64,000 bases of DNA from Candidatus Bathyarchaeota archaeon. Lineage in GTDB: Archaea > Thermoproteota > Bathyarchaeia > Bathyarchaeales > Bathycorpusculaceae. This document shows, one piece after another, positions 58,436 through 64,000 of the stretch (the stretch's first letter is position 1; each line of letters begins with the position of its first letter). The translations under genes and the position numbers were made by a program. The stretch covers positions 64,001 through 128,000 of the forward strand of contig CAVTBV010000014.1 of NCBI GenBank assembly GCA_963733095.1, read 5' to 3'. The notes under the pieces were generated by a model. That model saw only the letters and a list, made by a program, of their open reading frames with translations. It had not been told where the DNA came from and did not search any database.

Positions 58436-59660
58436 AGAGCCTCGAGAACAGGCTTCCAAGTGTTAATAGGTCTTGTCTGTTGTGTTCAACTATAGGTACA
58501 AGGGGTCCAACGTTTTTGGTTCTCATGTAGGTTTCGTAGAAGTGTGGAACTAATGCCCCTGGTATGTTTACGTCTCTTTTGACGCCGATGTATTTTTCAA
58601 CGGTATCTAGTCTGCAGTCGGGTAATTTGTGGCGGAGGGCGCGTCTAGTAAAATGCAACATGTCGAAGTGTGTGTTGTCCAAGGGTGCATCTAATCCATA
58701 GTAAGCTAATCTCTGCTTTATGTATGGAATGTCGAAGCTTCTGCCGTTAAAGGTTATGAGTGACGAGTTGGGTTCAAGCTGTGAGACTAAAGCCCAAATC
58801 GCGCTTGGTTCATCTTGGATGTCTCTTAGCAGGAATTGGCTTGTGCAAATGTGGGTCTTTGTGGGTTTTGCTATCCCCAAAAGGATAATGGGTCTTTCTG
58901 ATAGTCCCATGGTTTCGATGTCTATTATGGCGAAGTCTTGGTCTTGGCAGAACCCTGCTAAATAGTGGAGGAGCGGGTGGGATTTTGGGAGGCGTTGCCA
59001 GAGCCATTTCTGTATTGAGTCCACTTCTTTGTTGTCGACTATTTTCATGTAGTCGGCGGCTTGTTTTCTCCATCGGGAATGACGCTTGAGGTCTTCTATT
59101 GTTTTGAAGCCCTTGCGTTTTAGTGCTTTTTCACCCACGGGCCCAATTCCTGATAGGACTTTTAAGTCAGAGATGACGTGTTGCCTGCTTTCCTGGTAAG
59201 CTACCAGTTTGAAGTTTGATGCGCAAGATGATGAGATGGCGTAGCATTCGCCCTGTTCATTTGAAACCACTTCGCCAGATATTGCGTCTTCAAGACTCTT
59301 GTCCTGGTATTGCTTAATCAGTTCGCCCTCGAGGTATAGAGCATCGTTGTATTCAGCACTCCATACCCAACTCTCAAAAACCGGTTTCTTGGGCTCCTCT
59401 TTAGCGCCTTCAGATACAACTTCATACTCTTTTGATTCGCCCACCCTTTGCCTAAGACTCTCAGCAGCCCTACTTAGAGCGGATTTTTCCTTGAAAGAAT
59501 TATCAACTTTAGCTGCCGCCGTTTTAGATGTTGACCCCTGATTTTGTACTTTGAAATTAGGCATCAGAAACGAACCGCATGACTGGCAGAATCTGCTTTG
59601 CGCATACTCGTCTTTGGAGTAATTTTTACCGCATTTTCTGCACAAATACGAAATTGGCAA
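58410..59660 (-). CDS. YprB/MrfB-like RNase H-fold (DEDD) exonuclease with N-terminal zinc ribbon and HhH
   Basis: CRKC...CQSC, GIGPV, DIETMGL, TFNGRSFDIPY, HNRQDL. Confidence 0.85.
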   Translation of the reverse strand: MPISYLCRKCGKNYSKDEYAQSRFCQSCGSFLMPNFKVQNQGSTSKTAAAKVDNSFKEKSALSRAAESLRQRVGESKEYEVVSEGAKEEPKKPVFESWVWSAEYNDALYLEGELIKQYQDKSLEDAISGEVVSNEQGECYAISSSCASNFKLVAYQESRQHVISDLKVLSGIGPVGEKALKRKGFKTIEDLKRHSRWRKQAADYMKIVDNKEVDSIQKWLWQRLPKSHPLLHYLAGFCQDQDFAIIDIETMGLSERPIILLGIAKPTKTHICTSQFLLRDIQDEPSAIWALVSQLEPNSSLITFNGRSFDIPYIKQRLAYYGLDAPLDNTHFDMLHFTRRALRHKLPDCRLDTVEKYIGVKRDVNIPGALVPHFYETYMRTKNVGPLVPIVEHNRQDLLTLGSLFSRLYEEWNLDR

Positions 59661-59918
59661 TTTAGGGTCAACCTACAATCTCTGCAATGATTATAAAAGC
59701 CCTATGTTATTTGGAAATAAAGCAACCACAAACATATGTGAGCACTTAGATTTTTTTGGTTGGTTTAACTTTTGTTTGATTGTTGTCGCTACCGTTGTGC
59801 AGAATGTAGTTCGGCAGCAGCAACAACAACTTCTCTGCGCCTAATGAGGGACTACTCCAGTTGCTTATGGATAAATTATTAATGCAACTTGTATGTTAAC
59901 TGCCTGTCGGGACAATTG

Positions 59919-61718
59919 ATGAATGCTAAGCTTACATTCTACGGGGGCGTCGATGAAATCGGCGGCAACAAGATCCTGCTCCAGACCGAGGATGGTTCTG
60001 TTCTTCTGGATTTTGGTCGCCGAATGGGCAAGTACAGTAAGTTCTTCTCCGAGTTTCTTGTGGCTCGTTCCAAGAATGCTTTGCGGGATATGGTGCGGTT
60101 GGGGATTTTGCCTAAAATCAACGGCATATACACGCCCCACCTGGTTGACATGACTGTCTTGTTTGAGAGCGAAGCGGTCAGCGAAAAAGTTCCTCTAAAC
60201 GAGGCGTTGGATTATTGGAAAACAACAGACGTCTGCCCATGCAACCCCCAGCATCCAGCGGTCGACGGCGTGTTTGTTTCGCATGCCCATTTTGACCACA
60301 TCCAAGACGTCAGCTTCCTTGACCCCTGCATCCCTGTCTACTGCACCGAAAAAACCAAGGTCCTAGCAAAAGCGATGACTGATGTTTCGGTTTCTGGCGT
60401 GGATGACCAATACTACAAAGTCGCTAAGAAAGTCACCATCAAACAAAAATCACCCATGTTTAAGACCCTCTGCCCCGGAGAATGCGCGTGCAGTGAAGAA
60501 AAGGAAGAGGAGCACCCAGTCATTGAAGATCCCAAAACTAAATTCAGATTTACCTACGACATTGCTCCTCAGTACCGAACGTTTAACACGGCTTTGGAGG
60601 GACAGATAAAGGGCATCAAGTACAAGTTGATCCCGGTTGGGCACTCGGTGCCGGGTGCATGTTCAGTTTTGCTTGTTCTTCCAGATGGAAAACGTATCCT
60701 CTACACTGGAGACGTTCGGTTTCATGGGGATGGTGAGGTTTCGACCGATGAATATGTCCGCTCAATCGATGGTCCAGTTGATGTTTTGATTACTGAAGGA
60801 ACCCGCATAGGCTCGGATGAAGTAATAACCGAGCAAGATGTTGAAAGAGACATCAGTGTAGATATTGGGCTTTCTGAAGGGTTAGTGCTCATAAACTTTG
60901 GCTGGAAGGACCTAACACGTTTCAACACCATCTACCAAGCCGCCAAAGAAAACAGCCGCACCCTGTTAATCAACCCCAAACTCGCGTACCTCCTCTACGA
61001 GATGTACCATAATTTTCCCGATGAATACGACGACCCACGAACAATGCCCAACCTCAGAGTCTACTTAAAACGGGAAGGCGACCTGCTCTACTCCAAAGCA
61101 GACTATGACAAATACAAAATGGGTTACCTTCATTACCATGGAAGAAACATCGCCCAGACAGATCGCAACATAGTGCGTGTTGCAGAGAGGTTAGGAGTAG
61201 GTGGCGATTCAAACAACTCCAAAAACCCCTTGCCGCCAACTAGTGATGGGGAACCATACGATTACCAAGAAATCTATTCGTTAGCTATCCATCATCTAGA
61301 CAACGGTGTTAGGGCATTCCAGATTAGGCAAAGCCCTACAGAATACGTTTTGATGTTCTCTTATTGGGATGCTAACGAACTTTTCGATATAATTCCACCT
61401 GGCAGTAGTCATAAGACAAGGTACATTTCTGCTTCAACTGAACCGTTCAATGAGGAAATGGAGATCGATGAGGCTAAAATGGTGAATTGGCTGGATTTCT
61501 TCAACGTTAACTATGACTATGAAATAAAGAGAGAACACAAAATGTTCGTTCGAAGACATGTTTCAGGGCACGCTTCAAAACCGGAACTCAAAGAGATAAT
61601 AGACAAAATTAACCCAGCAAAAATAGTGCCGATACACAGCGACCACCCAGAACTGTTCGAGGAAATGTTCAAGGAAAAAGTCCTGTTACCGAAAGACTCG
61701 CAAGCTATCGAAGTCTGA
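59919..61718 (+). CDS. metallo-beta-lactamase/beta-CASP nuclease (RNase J-related)
   Basis: GGVDEIGGN, SHAHFDH, HSVPG, YTGD, HVSGHA, PIH. Confidence 0.85.
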   Translation: MNAKLTFYGGVDEIGGNKILLQTEDGSVLLDFGRRMGKYSKFFSEFLVARSKNALRDMVRLGILPKINGIYTPHLVDMTVLFESEAVSEKVPLNEALDYWKTTDVCPCNPQHPAVDGVFVSHAHFDHIQDVSFLDPCIPVYCTEKTKVLAKAMTDVSVSGVDDQYYKVAKKVTIKQKSPMFKTLCPGECACSEEKEEEHPVIEDPKTKFRFTYDIAPQYRTFNTALEGQIKGIKYKLIPVGHSVPGACSVLLVLPDGKRILYTGDVRFHGDGEVSTDEYVRSIDGPVDVLITEGTRIGSDEVITEQDVERDISVDIGLSEGLVLINFGWKDLTRFNTIYQAAKENSRTLLINPKLAYLLYEMYHNFPDEYDDPRTMPNLRVYLKREGDLLYSKADYDKYKMGYLHYHGRNIAQTDRNIVRVAERLGVGGDSNNSKNPLPPTSDGEPYDYQEIYSLAIHHLDNGVRAFQIRQSPTEYVLMFSYWDANELFDIIPPGSSHKTRYISASTEPFNEEMEIDEAKMVNWLDFFNVNYDYEIKREHKMFVRRHVSGHASKPELKEIIDKINPAKIVPIHSDHPELFEEMFKEKVLLPKDSQAIEV

Positions 61719-61765
61719 CTAAAACCGCTTAATAAGTTTCTGCCGGGGTACAATTTACCGATTCT

Positions 61766-62110
61766 TCACGTCTCTATGTACTCTTTTAGGGCTGCAGCAC
61801 TGTTTAGTTTTTCTTCTTTCGAACCAAAAAGGAAGGTTATATTATGTTTTGCGGATTCAGCACTTAATTTTTCAATAGTGTCTTTTTTCTCTTCTAGTTC
61901 AGACCAGTACCTCAACTTGAACTCGGGCCATTTCGCCGGATCATGTCCATACCACTTTCTTAACTCCACACTGGGCGCTATGTCCTTCAACCATTCATCA
62001 ACCTTCGCGATTTGTTTCTTTAGCCCTCTGGGCCAAAGGCGCTCTACCAGAATTCGTTTGCCATCTTCAACATCTGGTTTTGCGTAGGCACGTTTCAAAA
62101 GAATTGGCAT
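61766..62110 (-). CDS. DUF488 (YeaO-like) protein
   Basis: KRAY, DGKRILVERLWPRG, APSVELRKWYGHDP. Confidence 0.9.
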   Translation of the reverse strand: MPILLKRAYAKPDVEDGKRILVERLWPRGLKKQIAKVDEWLKDIAPSVELRKWYGHDPAKWPEFKLRYWSELEEKKDTIEKLSAESAKHNITFLFGSKEEKLNSAAALKEYIET

Positions 62111-62357
62111 ACATAACCTCAGGTAGTTCTGTTGTATATCGAAGTAGAAATGGTTATCTCTTAAGCTTTTTGACAGTCAAAATAAAGCTTTCAAATGTAG
62201 ATCCGTTTTTATCTAAAGGGAAAAATAGGAGAACCCGAATAGAACCTAGCGTTTTTCCAAACACATTATTGTGGGGAGTCAATGAAAACAAGTTCTTTCG
62301 AGGATTTTGAGTTTCAGGAATTTTGCGATTTTTTAAATCTTGAGGAGAGAGAATTGT

Positions 62358-64000
62358 TTGCCTAGAGATCTTGTTGTAGCCAATGGTCGCGTGGCGATTG
62401 CTTTGGATGGAAAGATGCGGATTAGGGATTTCTTCTATCCGCAGGTTGGTTTAGAGAATCATGTTGCTGGTCACGAATTTCGTAATGGAATCTGGGTTGA
62501 TGGGCAGTTCTCGTGGATTGGCGATGATTGGCAGTTTTCTTTGAAGTATTTGCCTGAGACTAACGTTACTAAATGCAAAGCTGTGAATCAAAGGCTTAAC
62601 TTGGAGTTGACGGTCAATGACGCTATCTATAGTTTTCTTGATGTATATTTGAGAAAAATCGTCATCAGGAACGAGGCTGAATCGAAGAGAAAAATTAGAC
62701 TCTTCTTCTCTCATGATTTTCATATCTATGGGGAAGACACGGGAGACACAGTGATGTATGACCCTTCCAGCCGTTCAATTGTTCATTACAAGCGGAACCG
62801 TTATTTTCTAATAAACGGCGTAACTGATAGGGGAGAAGGGATTTTTGAATATGCAACAGGCCAAAAAGAAGCGTTTGGCAAAGAGGGTACTTGGAGAGAT
62901 GCTGAAGATGGTGTTCTAGAAGGAAATCCGATAGCTCAAGGTTCGGTAGACTCCACTCTATCATTTGAGGTTGATGTATATCCCAAGTCGGCTAACACCA
63001 TTTACTATTGGATTGCCTGCGGCAAGAATCTTGAACAAGTCGAAGAATTGAATACCACCGTAAGAAACATCGGAGTAGAACAGATGCTTTTGGAGACCGA
63101 AAATTACTGGAGCGCTTGGGTAAACAGACATGGCTTAAACCTCAGCATACTACCACAAAAGATTACGCGCTTATTCAAAACCTCTCTACTTATAATGCGT
63201 ACCCACGCTGACAAGTCAGGCGCTATTATTGCATCCTGCGACTCAGACGTCTTACAGTTCAACCGCGACACGTATTCATACGTTTGGCCTCGCGACAGTT
63301 CAATCTGCGCAATGGCGTTTGACATGGCAGGTTTTCAAGAAGTGTCAAGAAAATTTTTCCGTTTCTGCAACCGTATAATAACTGAAAAAGGCTATTTTAG
63401 GCATAAGTATTGGTCTGACGGCTCGGTGGGCAGCAGCTGGCATGCACTAATCGACAACAGAGGTGAACCTGAACTGCCCATACAACTCGATGAAACGGGT
63501 CTAGTTCTCTATGCTTTATGGCAACATTACCAGAAATATCATGACCTCGAGTTCATAGCCAGCGTATACCCAAATCTCGTGATTAAGGCGTCAGATTTCA
63601 TGCTGAAGTATAAGGATGAAGCAACTCAGCTTCTAAAACCATCATTTGACATGTGGGAAGAAAAGACAGGGGCGTTTACCTCGACAATTCTTGTAGTTTC
63701 CGCAGCTTTGGATGCTGCAGCAAAGTTTGCAGAAGTCTTTTACGATAGCGGACGCCAGAAAATTCTAAATGAAGGTGCAACCCAACTAAAAGATAGCTTG
63801 CTTAAACATCTTTACGATTATAAGTTGAGGCGTCTCAAGAAAGCAATCTACGCTAATGGATCAAGCGATTCTTCAGTAGATAGCTGCCTTCTTTTTGGCT
63901 TACTCTTCAACCAAATTGACTTGAATAGCGAATTATCCCAATCCACTGTGAATGCAGTAGTTGATAAACTGTGGCTAAAGGAAGGAATTGGTGGACTGGC
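62358..64000 (+). CDS. glycoside hydrolase family 15 (glucoamylase/trehalase-like), runs off window end
   Basis: Not in ORF track. TTG 62358 after GAGGAG; MPRDLVVANG...FYPQVGLENH, GAIIAS, YSYVWPRD, QLDETG, DMWEE. Confidence 0.9.
   Translation, partial: MPRDLVVANGRVAIALDGKMRIRDFFYPQVGLENHVAGHEFRNGIWVDGQFSWIGDDWQFSLKYLPETNVTKCKAVNQRLNLELTVNDAIYSFLDVYLRKIVIRNEAESKRKIRLFFSHDFHIYGEDTGDTVMYDPSSRSIVHYKRNRYFLINGVTDRGEGIFEYATGQKEAFGKEGTWRDAEDGVLEGNPIAQGSVDSTLSFEVDVYPKSANTIYYWIACGKNLEQVEELNTTVRNIGVEQMLLETENYWSAWVNRHGLNLSILPQKITRLFKTSLLIMRTHADKSGAIIASCDSDVLQFNRDTYSYVWPRDSSICAMAFDMAGFQEVSRKFFRFCNRIITEKGYFRHKYWSDGSVGSSWHALIDNRGEPELPIQLDETGLVLYALWQHYQKYHDLEFIASVYPNLVIKASDFMLKYKDEATQLLKPSFDMWEEKTGAFTSTILVVSAALDAAAKFAEVFYDSGRQKILNEGATQLKDSLLKHLYDYKLRRLKKAIYANGSSDSSVDSCLLFGLLFNQIDLNSELSQSTVNAVVDKLWLKEGIGGL

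Noticed and set aside
1-64000. CRISPR arrays, rRNA, transposases, proviral genes
   Set aside because: No regularly spaced repeats or recognisable motifs seen.

Overview
This is a gene-dense archaeal chromosomal window. Archaeal origin is shown by SmAP-rpl37e, a BHB-intron tRNA-Arg, pantoate kinase, archaeal PPAT and a PEF-CTERM protein; gene content suggests Bathyarchaeia (inference). It carries housekeeping genes (prs, lplA, cysS, tRNA-modifying enzymes, CoA synthesis, MrfAB-type repair), a lysine 2,3-aminomutase plus EctA-like acetyltransferase pair, a ~16 kb phosphate/polyphosphate island (AbrB-PhoU, pstSCAB-phoU, ppk2, ppx, CHAD-phosphoesterase-HD fusion, ppk1, CYTH) and an HtrA/NfeD/stomatin cluster. 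The most striking locus is 45.2-52.8 kb. It encodes two very divergent FtsZ/tubulin-superfamily proteins, one with an intact GGGTGSG loop and a ~420-aa helical insertion, the other with a degenerate signature. They are flanked by a single-pass surface protein and a polytopic membrane protein with a long cytoplasmic helical rod, making this a candidate undescribed membrane-anchored cytoskeletal system. Also seen: an unannotated CdrS-like RHH gene followed by a possible ftsZ relic, repeated near-cognate start codons (ATA/GTT/CTG), a candidate Pho-box motif, a pstS pseudogene and several small unannotated ORFs. No CRISPR array, rRNA, transposase or integrase was recognised. All product calls come from motif recognition by eye, not database searches.
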